A DNA stretch of 64,000 bases from Basidiobolus meristosporus CBS 931.73 (Eukaryota > Fungi > Basidiobolomycota): the NCBI GenBank assembly GCA_002104905.1, contig MCFE01000314.1, forward strand, positions 33,367-97,366, in the 5' to 3' direction. A program made the translations under genes and the position numbers. The notes below the pieces were generated by a model, which ran no database searches, was not told the DNA's origin, and saw only the letters and a program-made list of their open reading frames with translations. Below are positions 10,335 through 21,954 of this stretch, in pieces (position 1 is the stretch's first letter; each line of letters opens with the position of its first letter).

Positions 10335-12415
10335 ATGTTCGCTTTAAGACTACCTTCGATGGCTTGTCGAGCCCCGCTCAAGCCCAGTTATGGCCTGTTT
10401 GGTCTACGTACAAGTGTGGAAGCACCTGTCCTCAACAAGTCCCTTGGCCAGGCCACTTACCGCTTCCTACGCGCCTATTCCAGTGCCGCTGCGGACCCAG
10501 AGAACAAAGAAGCCGCTGTCAACACTCTTGGTACCCTTATTGACTCGAAATTCATCCGAAATATTGGTATTATTGGTAAGTGCCACTGCCCAGGATACGT
10601 TTCAAAGACCGCTTCTAACGGTTTTGGTTTTGTGTAGCTCACGTCGATCACGGAAAAACCACCCTCGTCGACAGTTTGCTTCGCCAGTCCGGAACCTTAC
10701 AAAACCTGTCTGATGTCCGTGTCATGGATTCCAACGCGCTCGAGAAGGAGCGTGGTATTACCATTTTGTCCAAGGTGACCAGCATCATGTACAAAAATCA
10801 CCGTATCAACATCGTCGATACCCCTGGTCACGCTGATTTCGGCGGCGAGGTCGAGCGTATCCTCTCGATGGTTGATGGCGTTGCTCTGGTGGTCGATGCC
10901 ACCGAAGGCCCCATGACCCAAACAAAGTTTGTCCTCTCGAAAGCCTTGGAGGCTGGCCTGAAGCCCTTGGTGGTGATCAACAAGGTAGACAGACCTACCG
11001 CACGGACCGCCGAGGTTGACAGCGAGCTCCTTGACCTTTTCATGACCTTGGGTGCCAATGACGACCAGTTGGAGTATCCAATTGTCTACGCATCTGGCAA
11101 GGATGGCTGGGCCGTGGAGAATGTGGGCGATGAGCCTCAAAACATGAACCCCCTCTTCGATCTGATTTTGGACCGCGTCCCCAGTCCAAATGTAGACAGA
11201 AGCTCGCCATTTTCGATGCTTGTTACACAAATAGAAAGCAACCCATACTTGGGTAAATGCTTCTTGGGCAAGATCACATCTGGCACCATCAAGGTGAATG
11301 ATCGCCTTCACGCACTCGATCCCGAGGGTAATGTCACCGACGAGGCTCGTGTTACCAAGCTGTTCACTCGTACTGGCCTTGAGCAGATCATCGTGGACGA
11401 GGCTGGTGCTGGTGACATCATCACCATTGCTGGTGTCAAGAATGCCACCGTCAACTCAACTCTTTGCAATCCAGAGGTCGTGACCCCTCTTCCATCCACT
11501 CCAGTTGACCCACCTACGGTCTCCATGTTCTTTGGCGTTAATGACTCCCCCATTGCTGGACAAGAGGGCAAGTATCTCACCTCCACCATGATTCGCGATC
11601 GTCTCCTCAAAGAAGCCGAGACCAACGTTGCTCTTTCCGTGTCCCAAACCGCCGGCCAAGAGGGCGTGGAGGTGTGTGGAAGAGGTGAATTGCAACTTGG
11701 TATTCTCATTGAAACTATGCGTCGTGAGGGCTTTGAGCTGTCCATCTCCCCACCACGAGTGGTTCTTCGTAAAGACCCCAAGACCGGAGCCACCCTTGAG
11801 CCAGTGGAAGAGGTGACCATCGATGTGGATCACGAGTTCACCGGAACCATCATCGAGAAGTTGGCCCAACGTAAGGCTGAGATGAAGATCTTCACCGAAG
11901 CCGGAGACAAGGCGCGTCTCATTTTCCATTGCCCAACTCGTGGTCTCTTGGGCTACCACGCGGAGTTCAAGAACGATACTCGCGGATTGGGTGTGTTGAA
12001 TCATATCTTCCATGCTTGGGAGCCATACAAGGGCGAGATGGAGAAAACTCGTAAAGGAGCCTTGGTATCAACCGCGGTCGGTGATTCAACCTCGTACGCG
12101 CTTTCCTTGATCGAGCCAAGAGGAAAGCTCTTCGTGTTGCCCGGCAACAAGATCTACACCGGCATGGTGATCGGCGAGTACAGCAAGGACACCTCTGACC
12201 TTGAGGTCAACCCTGTGCGTGCCAAGGCAGTCAACAACATGAGAGCTGCTGGTAAGGACGACGCCATCAAACTCAGCCCTATCAAGCCCATGTCTCTCGA
12301 AGAAATTATCGCCTACGTTGGCAACGATGAGGTGGTGGAGGTCACCCCCGAGTCGATCCGCCTTCGTAAGAAGGAGCTTGATCCTACCAAGAGAAAGCAA
12401 AGATCCAAGAAATGA
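10335..12415 (+). CDS. typA: TypA/BipA translational GTPase with N-terminal mitochondrial-type presequence
   Basis: Intron 10576-10637 joins IRNIGII/AHVDHGKTTLVD. Also MDSNALEKERGITILSK, IVDTPGHADFGGEVERILSMVDG, GRGELQLGILIETMRREGFEL and a BipA C-terminal domain (EVVEVTPESIRLRKK). The N-terminus is Arg/Ser/Ala-rich and lacks acidic residues. Confidence 0.93.
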
Positions 12416-12704
12416 AGCTGATTCGACTCGCACTCAATAGTCTATTGCACGTATTATCATAGCAACCCTCCATTCATTTATCACATAATCAACATTGAAT
12501 AGACCCACTGAACCGCACCACTTCTCACATTCAATTCCATTCTTCTGTAACTCTTGTCGTTTAGTGATACTTTGTAGCAGCATATAAACCGTTTTCCCAT
12601 TGTTGAGTGGTGTTTATTTTTTCGATTATATTACAGTACTCTAGCTTGTAAATACCCAACGCTGAGGTGAATCTAATTGATATGCTACAATCGCCAGTTC
12701 AGAG

Positions 12705-15700
12705 TCAACGGGGAGCTTTGGGCATCTTTCGCTTCGTGTCCTCCTCAATGTCCTTCGCTTTGTAGTAATGTGGCGCCAATTCCAACAACCATTCAGGCTT
12801 GATCTCTGTCACCTGTCTCATAAACTCCCGGGTGGTAAACACCAGTTCGAAGTACATCACCCATTTTGGTCTTTCCTCGAATAATCCACTGCTAGGATGA
12901 ATGTTGACAGTTTGATTGTGCTTGGCGGTGCGGTAAGCATCGCCGGAGCGTTGCAGCCGGGCGGCGTTGCAGAAAAACCCTGCCGTGAGTGCCTTCTTAA
13001 TGGGAGTGGTGTCGGACGAGTTGGGGTTCGAAACAGGGACAATCTCGATTCTCTCAACCAGCCCAATCAGCTGATCACGAACATCTCGAGCTTTTGTCAT
13101 GGATCGATACTGAATGAAGTTTTCGTAGCACCACTGCATGGAAAAGTTGGTTTCTACCCATTGATTCCAGACGTTAAGTAATGTGAGGTGATCGCCTTCG
13201 GGATGGGTGAGGTTTTGGCGTGCTTTGTCTGCGTGGAACTTCTTGTCTTTTGGTCGATAGAACACCGAGTTTTGAACAGTCAACATGGCACAAATGGACA
13301 ATATCTCTTCGGAGCAATTGAAGTCCTCTGAGGCAACGATGGTCTTTGCCAGCATTGGATCAGTTGGTAACTCGGCCATTCTTCTACCAAGCTTCGTCAG
13401 TTCGCCACGGTCGTTTAGAGCACCTAGCGCATAAAGCTGTTCCAGAGCACGGATTAATGTCTCCGCGGGTGGGGGATCCATGAAGTCAAATTCAATAAGA
13501 TCATTAATACCCAAACTCTTGAGCAGTAAAACGGTGTTTCCTAGGTTGGATCGTTGGATTTCTGGAATGGTGTTCATCTCCATCTCGTTGAAATATGACC
13601 ACTGAGTGTAGAGACGGAAGCATTTCCCTGCTCCGACTCGCCCAGCTCTTCCAGCTCTTTGATCCGCTGAAGCTCTGGAGCATGGTGAGACAACGAGCGA
13701 CTCCATGCCATTTCTTGGATTATAGCATTTTTGTTTAGCAAATCCAGGGTCAATTACATACACAATCCCGTCAACGGTGATCGAGGTCTCAGCAATATTA
13801 GTTGCCAGGATGACTTTGCGGGCACCTTCAGGTGTGGGCTCGAAGATCTTCCCTTGCATTTCGGATGGCAGAGATGAGTAGATAGGGCAGATGATGAGTT
13901 CTTTGATTTTGCTTCCCAAGACACGACACGTTTGCTGGAGGCTCTCGTGAGCGCTCTCGATCTCTTCTTGACCCGTGAGAAATACAAGGATATCTCCTTT
14001 GCCTTGAGTAACGTGGATTTGCATGATAGTAGTGATGGCGGCCTGCAAATAATTGGCTTCGGGAGCCTTGGTATAATACACCTCAACAGGAAAGGGACGG
14101 CCAGGAATCATGAAAATGGGAGCATTGTCAAAGTACTCCGAGAACTTCTGTGCGTCCATGGTAGCGCTGGAAATGAGAAGCTTTAAATCGGGCCGATATC
14201 TAGCAATATCCTTCACCAATCCGAATAAGATGTCAGTATGAAGCGTTCTCTCGTGGGCTTCATCGATAATGAGTGCACTATAGCTGGACAAATCTGGTTC
14301 GGTCAGGAACTCACGGAGTAGCATACCGTCTGTCATATATTTCATAACAGTTTTATCGGAAGTGCAGTCTTCAAAACGAATTGAATAACCAACTTCGTAG
14401 CCGAGTTTGACTCCCATTTCTTCTGCTACACGAGCAGCAACACTCATAGCCGCTACTCTTCTAGGCTGCGTACAGCCGACTTTCTTGCCACCTTTGGTGT
14501 ACCCTTCTTCATAGAGATACTGCGGAAGCTGTGTAGTTTTTCCAGATCCAGTTTCTCCAACGATGATGAGTACTTGATGCTCAGCAATTGCGTCAACAAG
14601 CTGCTGTCTATAACTATAGATGGGAAGCGATTTCCGGACCTCTTTGATAGACATCTGCTTTCGTTCCCACTCACTTATCTTCTCTCCCTCTTCTTCTTGT
14701 GCCTTCTCGTTGAGGGTTGACTGTAGGATGAAATCAATCTGTTGCTCATCAAACACATAGTCATAATCGTCTTGCTCGTCGTGCCGGGGTCGATCCTTGG
14801 CGCCAACTTTAAGTTGGGATTTGTTGATTTGACTCATCTCCCATTGATCCTGCTCAGAAACGAATTTTTGATTTTGGTCTTCTTCGTAGCGTTTGTAAAG
14901 CACCTCCTCTTTCTTCTTTCGATCTATTTTCCCCTTTTCAGTTATGTAGTCTTCGGGCATAACATATCCGTCAACCTTGTCATCAATCTTCAGACGCTCT
15001 TCAGCAAGCCTTAATACCTCTTTGTTGTATTCGTGGGCTTCAATTTCTTTCTTGGTTAGTTTTTCATCTCTGAATAGAACTTCTTCATCTTCGATTTTCC
15101 TTCTTAAGAGCTCCAATCGTTGTTCTTCGCGTAGCTTCAAGTACTGTTGACGGGAGCGCTCACGAATATTAGGGAGAGCGGATTTTCTGGCTTCCGGATC
15201 GTCGGCGAGATTGCGGCGCTTTGCTGCCTCGGCTTCATTTTTACCAGATCTATCTTCAATCAACTTTTTGGTTTTCTCGAGATCCTTATTCTTCAGTCTT
15301 TCGGCAAACTCATCTCGTTCCTTAAGATCTTGCATTCTCTGTTCTTCTGCATTTTGGAATTCCGTTTCAGGATCAACGGAAGAATCCTCTGTTGGTTGGT
15401 ATCTGTTGATTTGCTCTTCGTCGCTATCCCATTGACCGTCATCTTCCCGCTTTCTGAGTTGCTTTCCTTTATTCTTTTTGGAAGAAATGTTGACATCAAT
15501 CAATGTTGTGTCTTCGGAGATGACACCGACTTTCGGGAGACTAGTTTTCGAGACTTTGCTGGAACGCGGCTCTTCAGCTCTTTCTACTTTTCTCTTTGAG
15601 CTTGGCGCTTGATGGGGAACGCGTGAATATAACTCAGAAGCAAAGTTTTTCGCTGCATCGCTTGCGGAAAATCCTTCGTTTTTCAAGGTACTATAGAGTT

Positions 15701-15836
15701 GCTCTGGGCTGCTGGATTTTTTAGCTGAGCTAATTAGATACTCCACTACCTCCTTGGAAGATAGGCCAAGAAATTTGAATACATTATCCGACACCCAGCT
15801 CTTAAGATCCATGATTCTTGGAGTCGTGAAATCCAC
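12705..15836 (-). CDS. PRP2: Spliceosomal DEAH-box RNA helicase, Prp2/DHX16 (Cdc28) type
   Basis: 1043-aa ORF with GETGSGKTTQLPQYL, TQPRRVAAMSVAARV, DEAHERT, SAT and QRAGRAGR motifs, HA2/OB-fold C-terminus, and a DHX16-like charged N-terminus (RQQYLKLRE..., YVMPEDY). Confidence 0.93.
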   Translation of the reverse strand: MDFTTPRIMDLKSWVSDNVFKFLGLSSKEVVEYLISSAKKSSSPEQLYSTLKNEGFSASDAAKNFASELYSRVPHQAPSSKRKVERAEEPRSSKVSKTSLPKVGVISEDTTLIDVNISSKKNKGKQLRKREDDGQWDSDEEQINRYQPTEDSSVDPETEFQNAEEQRMQDLKERDEFAERLKNKDLEKTKKLIEDRSGKNEAEAAKRRNLADDPEARKSALPNIRERSRQQYLKLREEQRLELLRRKIEDEEVLFRDEKLTKKEIEAHEYNKEVLRLAEERLKIDDKVDGYVMPEDYITEKGKIDRKKKEEVLYKRYEEDQNQKFVSEQDQWEMSQINKSQLKVGAKDRPRHDEQDDYDYVFDEQQIDFILQSTLNEKAQEEEGEKISEWERKQMSIKEVRKSLPIYSYRQQLVDAIAEHQVLIIVGETGSGKTTQLPQYLYEEGYTKGGKKVGCTQPRRVAAMSVAARVAEEMGVKLGYEVGYSIRFEDCTSDKTVMKYMTDGMLLREFLTEPDLSSYSALIIDEAHERTLHTDILFGLVKDIARYRPDLKLLISSATMDAQKFSEYFDNAPIFMIPGRPFPVEVYYTKAPEANYLQAAITTIMQIHVTQGKGDILVFLTGQEEIESAHESLQQTCRVLGSKIKELIICPIYSSLPSEMQGKIFEPTPEGARKVILATNIAETSITVDGIVYVIDPGFAKQKCYNPRNGMESLVVSPCSRASADQRAGRAGRVGAGKCFRLYTQWSYFNEMEMNTIPEIQRSNLGNTVLLLKSLGINDLIEFDFMDPPPAETLIRALEQLYALGALNDRGELTKLGRRMAELPTDPMLAKTIVASEDFNCSEEILSICAMLTVQNSVFYRPKDKKFHADKARQNLTHPEGDHLTLLNVWNQWVETNFSMQWCYENFIQYRSMTKARDVRDQLIGLVERIEIVPVSNPNSSDTTPIKKALTAGFFCNAARLQRSGDAYRTAKHNQTVNIHPSSGLFEERPKWVMYFELVFTTREFMRQVTEIKPEWLLELAPHYYKAKDIEEDTKRKMPKAPR

Positions 15837-15898
15837 TATTCACCTTTGTCTGTGAAGACCTCAATTGTATCCTAACTATTGCGGAAAAATTAGCATTC

Positions 15899-15907
15899 AT
15901 CACGTGA
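15899..15907. promoter_or_regulatory. ATCACGTGA E-box in the PRP2/CUL4 divergent promoter, with a nearby CCAAT
   Basis: Palindromic TCACGTGA lies ~64 bp upstream of the PRP2 ATG. CCAATCAAT occurs at ~15940. Confidence 0.45.
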
Positions 15908-16155
15908 AGCATTCATTCCGTAGCGCTGATCGATCACGACCAATCAATGACTAATTTGATTGATTGTGACTTTACGCAGTCCTACAAATCAGATGTTTTA
16001 TTTCATCATGAAGTGTTCGTCATCTCCCAAATTACTCGACATTTATGCAGAAAAAAAATCAGAATAAATACATTAATAACATCCGTAACTAAACAGATGC
16101 TGAAAGTATTTTGAGGCACTTCGTGTCTTCTGGATGAATACCCCCTCTTTTTTAC

Positions 16156-19100
16156 ATGCCATCCGATAAAAGCAGCCGGTCCACGAAGTCGACCCACTCA
16201 ACAAGGACCAGCGTTGGCAGAACCAACAGAGCGAATATCAACAAGAATACAACAGGACAAAACAACTCCTCGAGTCTTACTCGACCCTTTGAAGCCAGCC
16301 TTGATTCCGATTCTTATCCTTCGCCAAAGAGGCAACGTACAATAGCAGAAATGTTTACTACAAACGGACAAACCTCCACTGGAAAAGCTCGTGAAGAAAA
16401 CCCAAAGTTGACTGTCCAGTCCAGTCAGCAGTCATATCACTCGTCTAATGGTTCCACGTCTGCTGGAGGCTTTGGGTTCTCGATACCTAGTGGTTCTTCA
16501 GGTTTCAACACTAATAAAGAGAATATAACCTCCTCCAAACATGACCAAACGTTCGGGAAGAACCTCAGTCAGAACGGTTCGTTTAACTCTTCGAATAACT
16601 CCCGGATTGGCTTGGGCAAAACCCCAGTTAAGAAACTAGTCATCAAAAGCTTCAAAGGTCTAGTTGTTTATACAAGTGCTTCGGATATAGTATCATAGGA
16701 CCTTTTTTACTAATACTACCTTATTTAGTCAAACCCAAGCTTCCTGAAAATTACGAATCAGACACCTGGGAGAAGCTTAAAGGAGCTGTCAAAGCTGTAC
16801 ATGAAAGCCAGCCGGTTCCTGATAGTCTGGAAGAGCTTTATAAAGTCTGTGATGGTATTTTCCTTCGAACCATTCCGTTTTCTCATATTAATGAGCCTCA
16901 TTTAGGCTTGTGAAAATCTATGCCATCATAAAATGGCGAATTCATTATATCGAAAGCTTAAAGCGGAATGTGAATCGCATGTCGTAGAGGAGCTGGGAAA
17001 ACTCAAAAAGTACAGTACCTTGCTCATTATAACCGCCTTTGCACTCTTGTTCTGAGCATGTTTCTGAACAATTAATAGTAATATCACCACGAATGAGATC
17101 TTTCTAGCTGCTGTCGACAATTGCTGGAAAAACCATTGTCGTCAAATGGTAAATAGTCCTCCACAATCTTTTGCGAACTGAGTTAACATGCCATATCAAG
17201 ATCATGATTAGAAGTATATTTTTATACCTTGACCGGACCTATGTGTTACAGACCTCCGGTCTCTCTTCCCTCTGGTAGGCAACCTGGGATTACAGTATCC
17301 AACAACATGAGGCTAACCACGTCACGAACGAACAGGGATATGGGGTTGGATCTGTATAGGGACTACGTTATGGAGTCTAAAGAAATCCGCAAAAAAACAC
17401 TCGATGGACTACTTGGTTTAATAGAAAAGGAAAGATCTGGAGAATCAATCAATCGGGCTATCCTCAAATCGCTGTTGAGGATGTTCATTGACCTAGGAAT
17501 TTACTTCAGCGGCTTCGAAAGCGCATTCCTGGAATCTACGGAGCTATTCTACCGCAAAGAGAGTGACACCCGAGCCCACGGATTGGAGGTATCGAGCTAT
17601 CTTCTCTATGTTGAGCAGAAATTACAAGAGGAGAAAGATCGGACTCTTCATTATTTGGACAAAGAAACAAGGAAGCCTCTCATTGAGTTAATCGAAAGGG
17701 AGTTGATTGCAAGGCCTGTATCCTTGCTTCTTGAAAAAGGATTTGATGGCTTGGTTGCAAATGACCAAAAAGAGGATCTTTCGCGCTTGTATTCGCTTCT
17801 CGCTAGAGTCGGCCATCTAAACCAACTGAAAACTTTCTTTGGCGTTTACGTCAAGAAAGCAGGACTTGAGATCGTGACCGATGTCAGTAGAGACAACACT
17901 ATGGTGCAAGACCTGCTAAATTTCAAGCTCAAATTGGATGGGATCCTTGCGACCAGTTTCCAGCAAAACGAAAGCTTCTTCAACACTTTGAAGGAAAGCT
18001 TTGAGTCGTTCATTAATGTTAGACAGAACAAGCCAGCCGAAATGATCGCCAAATTTGTCGACTCGAAACTCCGCACTGGAAACAAAACTGCCACGGACGA
18101 GGAGCTTGAGAGCATTTTGGACAACGTTCTTATCTTGTTTAGATTTATCCAGGGCAAGGACGTATTTGAAGCGTTCTATAAACGTGATTTAGCCAAACGT
18201 TTGTTGCTCAACAAGAGTGCCTCTTTCGATGCTGAGAAGTCAATGCTATCAAAACTCAAGACCGAGTGTGGGGCTAGTTTTACTAGTAAATTGGAAGGAA
18301 TGTTTAAAGACATGGACGTATCTCGAGACATTATGATTTCCTTCCGTCAGACTCAGAAATACCAAGAGTTGTGCAAAGATATCGAACTCAACGTATCGGT
18401 TCTTACCCAAGGATACTGGCCAACTTACACCCCGACTGAGATCACTCTGCCAGAGCAAGTAAGTCAGATTGCTGGTATATTTTGCCCTAGGCACCACACC
18501 TCAACCATTCATCCAACTACAGATGACCGAATATCAAGAGGTGTTCAAGGCATTCTACCTGAGTAAGCATCATGGCCGTCGTTTGATGTGGCAACATTCA
18601 TTAGGTCATTGTGTTCTTAAGGCATACTTCCCCAAGGTGATTCTTATATGCATTGACCATGACGTTGGCCAAACGCTAATCTGCTTCATTCGATGATAAG
18701 GGGAAGAAAGAGCTTGCAGTATCGCTATACCAGGCTATGGTTCTGCTATTGTTCAATAGTATGGAAATCGACGCTAAACTAAGCTACAAGGAAATTTCTG
18801 CAGCGACTAATATAGGTTTGTCCTAAGATGATGTAGCGAATTTGCTCAGTCTGGCTAATCATGCAATGCTTGATCTAGAGCTGAAGGAGCTTGAACGCAC
18901 TCTGCAATCCTTGGCCTGCGGGAAAGTTCGAGTATTGACCAAGTATCCCAAAGGGCGAGAGATCGCTGAAACCGACAGTTTCTCCTTCAACAAGGACTTC
19001 ACTGCCCCGCTTTTCAGAATCAAAGTTAACGCTATTCAAATGAAAGAGACGGTAACATGGCTTTTGATCTGATTACGGGCTGAACCTCAAGTTAAAACCC

Positions 19101-19417
19101 TTCCCATTGTCAGGTTGAGGAGAACACCAACACCACCGAGAGAGTATTCCAAGACCGCCAGTATCAGGTAGATGCGGCCATTGTTAGAATCATGAAGACA
19201 CGGAAGCAGCTAAGCCACACCCTGCTCATGAACGAGCTTTTTGAACAACTCCGGTTCCCAGTGAAGGTATGTGTAGCGCGCTGGACATTGATTCGATGTA
19301 TGCTAATCTCATCCAATGCAGGCCTCTGATCTCAAGAAACGAATAGAATCATTGATTGATCGGGAGTATTTAGAGCGAGACAAAACCGATACGAGTGTAT
19401 ATAACTATCTGGCCTAA
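16156..19417 (+). CDS. CUL4: Cullin-4, multi-exon
   Basis: [27 protein letters not shown]-terminus; cullin homology ([40 protein letters not shown]); [17 protein letters not shown]; neddylation domain ([18 protein letters not shown]...EREYLERDK). Confidence 0.94.
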
Positions 19418-19914
19418 CTTGACCATGGAAGCCAGGGCCTAAATAGCTTTGGGACCTTTCCACCCTTCATTGTAACTAATGGCAATAAGGACTGATCTCC
19501 AAGCCTGACTTGATTGACTAGCCACCATAGACTCTCCACTTTTGCCACTGAATATCGTCACCTCCTGTCCCCTTTATCATGATTCTTCTATCCCTTCATA
19601 TGATTTGTGTGTCGAGTCATGAACCACTGTAGCGAACGAAGACTATGATAAATGCACAGTCCAATGATGCGTCATCAATAAGAAATATGCCCGTCACAAA
19701 TCATTGCTCTGATCGAGACCATGGTCGTAATCTTTCAATCTATTAGTAATGGAAGGGGTCCATCATTTGACAAACTCACTGGCGCTGCGGATTCAATCCA
19801 GATTACACAATCGCGATTGATAACGTTCTATTGTGTGAGCCCATTTTTTTGGTTATTTTCGAACACATATACCGGCTACCCTCCAAAGCTTGAAAATCCA
19901 TATCCTCGCGAGAT

Positions 19915-21691
19915 ATGAACAAAGCGCCTCATTTACGTATTAAGCTTTCCCACAGAGGGGAGACCAATCTAGTTTTCGTTCAAGGTATTCCTCTAGCCTA
20001 TTCCCTTATTTTTGAAGCCCATTTTGCGGGAAACATTGACTTCTAATTTTTACACCGGATCACTTCATATAAATGCACATTGTTTGACCTTTTTACTTGC
20101 AACGTTTTTATCTAGAAGAGAATCTTAGCTTCGATCTTCTTGTGACACAGTTCCAGAAGGAGTATCCTGATTTTCAATTGAGTGATTACAGATTGCTATG
20201 GAAAGATATTGAAGGAGACTGGGTTTCAATAGCCGGTAACCTATCCAGCGCCCAGTTAGTTACGACATACTTATTAACAATGTTGTGATCCTAAAGAGGG
20301 CAACGATGCTTGGAAATATTTGAAAGAAACTGTCAAGCAAGGGCATCCAAGAATCCACGTCAAATCCCGAATTTCGGATGAAGTATAGCTTCACAGTCAT
20401 GTTGTCTCTACACAGAATCGTTTTCGCTAACGTCGGAGGGGGGGTTTCTTTGTAGAATTCGACGCCGGAGAACTGCGCCAAAAACCGCACCTGTGTTTCC
20501 AGCTTGATAAACAGATACTCCAAAGTCACCACCTCAATAAGTGAACTGAAGTCCTACTTGGTCGAGCTTGAGATAGTTACCACCATCGTAATAGTGACCA
20601 AACCCACGCCAGAGCTAGTAAAGCACACCAAACTGGTGGCGGTTTGGCTTTTGGAGAAGTACAAGAACCTAACCGTTTATGTGGGAGACACTTTCAAACA
20701 AAATCCAGCCTTCAGCTATGAGACTCTCTCTGCAGAAAGCCCCACCATCGTGGACAGATTGAAATTCTGGTCGCGGCAGGACTTCCCAGAATGTGTGGAC
20801 TTGGCCGTCACCCTCGGTGGTGACGGGACAGTACTTTATACCTCCCTGCTATTCCAGAGGAAGGTGCCACCTATCCTCTCGTTCCACCTGGGATCGTTGG
20901 GATTCCTGACCGTCTTCAACTTTGGACAATTCCAAGAGACTCTTGGCCATATCATTGATAGTCAGTCGATTCACGCAAACCTTCGAATGAGAATCAAATG
21001 CACCGTATACAAGCGAATCACCAACTGTGTGTCGGACATAGAGAATCTGACGGATCCCAGCAGTGAGCCAAGCATATGCAACCTCTGCCTTGACGACCCG
21101 GTGGGTGAGAACTCATGCTCGCTGTCGAAGTGTGGAGTGCATCATGTGTTGAACGAGTTGGTGGTGGACCGTGGGGCGAACCCCAACATGGTGATGTTGG
21201 AACTGTTTGTCGACAATACACATTTGACAACCATCCTAGCGGATGGACTGGTCATTGCCACTGCAACCGGATCCACCGCCTACTCATTGTCTGCTGGAGG
21301 CTCGCTCATCCATCCGGAAATGTGTGCCATCCTGGTGACTCAGATCTGCCCACACACCCTGACCTGTCGACCGATGGTGATTCCTGGATATAAAGAGCTC
21401 AGGATATGTGTGCCACCCCAAGCAAGAAGCACAGCATGGGTAAGTTCCACTCCCGACGATTTGCTCACCATCCAATACTAACCCCGCCAATAGGCCTCGT
21501 TTGATGGACATCACCGGGTGGAGCTGAATCGTGGGGACTCGATCACCATCACCGCCTCTAACTACCCGCTACCATCGATCTGCAAAGATGACCAGTCAAT
21601 AGATTGGTTCAACGGATTACGTAAGGTGTTGAACTGGAATGAAAGACAGCGTCAAAAACCGTTTCACTCCGACTCATGGGACATCGAATAA
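19915..21691 (+). CDS. ATP-NAD kinase with N-terminal PB1 domain (5 exons: 19915-19984, 20116-20235, 20297-20382, 20456-21439, 21494-21691)
   Basis: NADK motifs: VTLGGDGTVLY, FHLGSLGFLT, VLNELVVDRG, ADGLVIATATGSTAYSLSAGGS, LNWNERQRQK. Upstream exons splice in frame to give RIKLSHRGET...YRLLWKDIEGDWVSIA (PB1 basic Lys plus OPCA-like motif). The NADK call is firm; the 5' exon joins are manual. Confidence 0.88.
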
Positions 21692-21954
21692 ACCTCCTCT
21701 TTGATCATTTCCACAGTAGAGCTTTCGCTTTGAATGGGTTCTTTTATTGTTGAATGGTCTCGGGCGCCTCAAGAGACGCTCTCGAAAGTGGAGGAGTGAG
21801 AATGCATGCTTGTCCCTGAGGCTGGACATAGTATTCAACAGCATTGATCGGAATTAGAAAAGGAATTTCGAAATTATGAATACAGAGGGTCAACACGAGA
21901 CAAGCATCGTGTTAGGGTAAATAAGAAGTGAATGCTACATCTAGGCAAAAGGGT

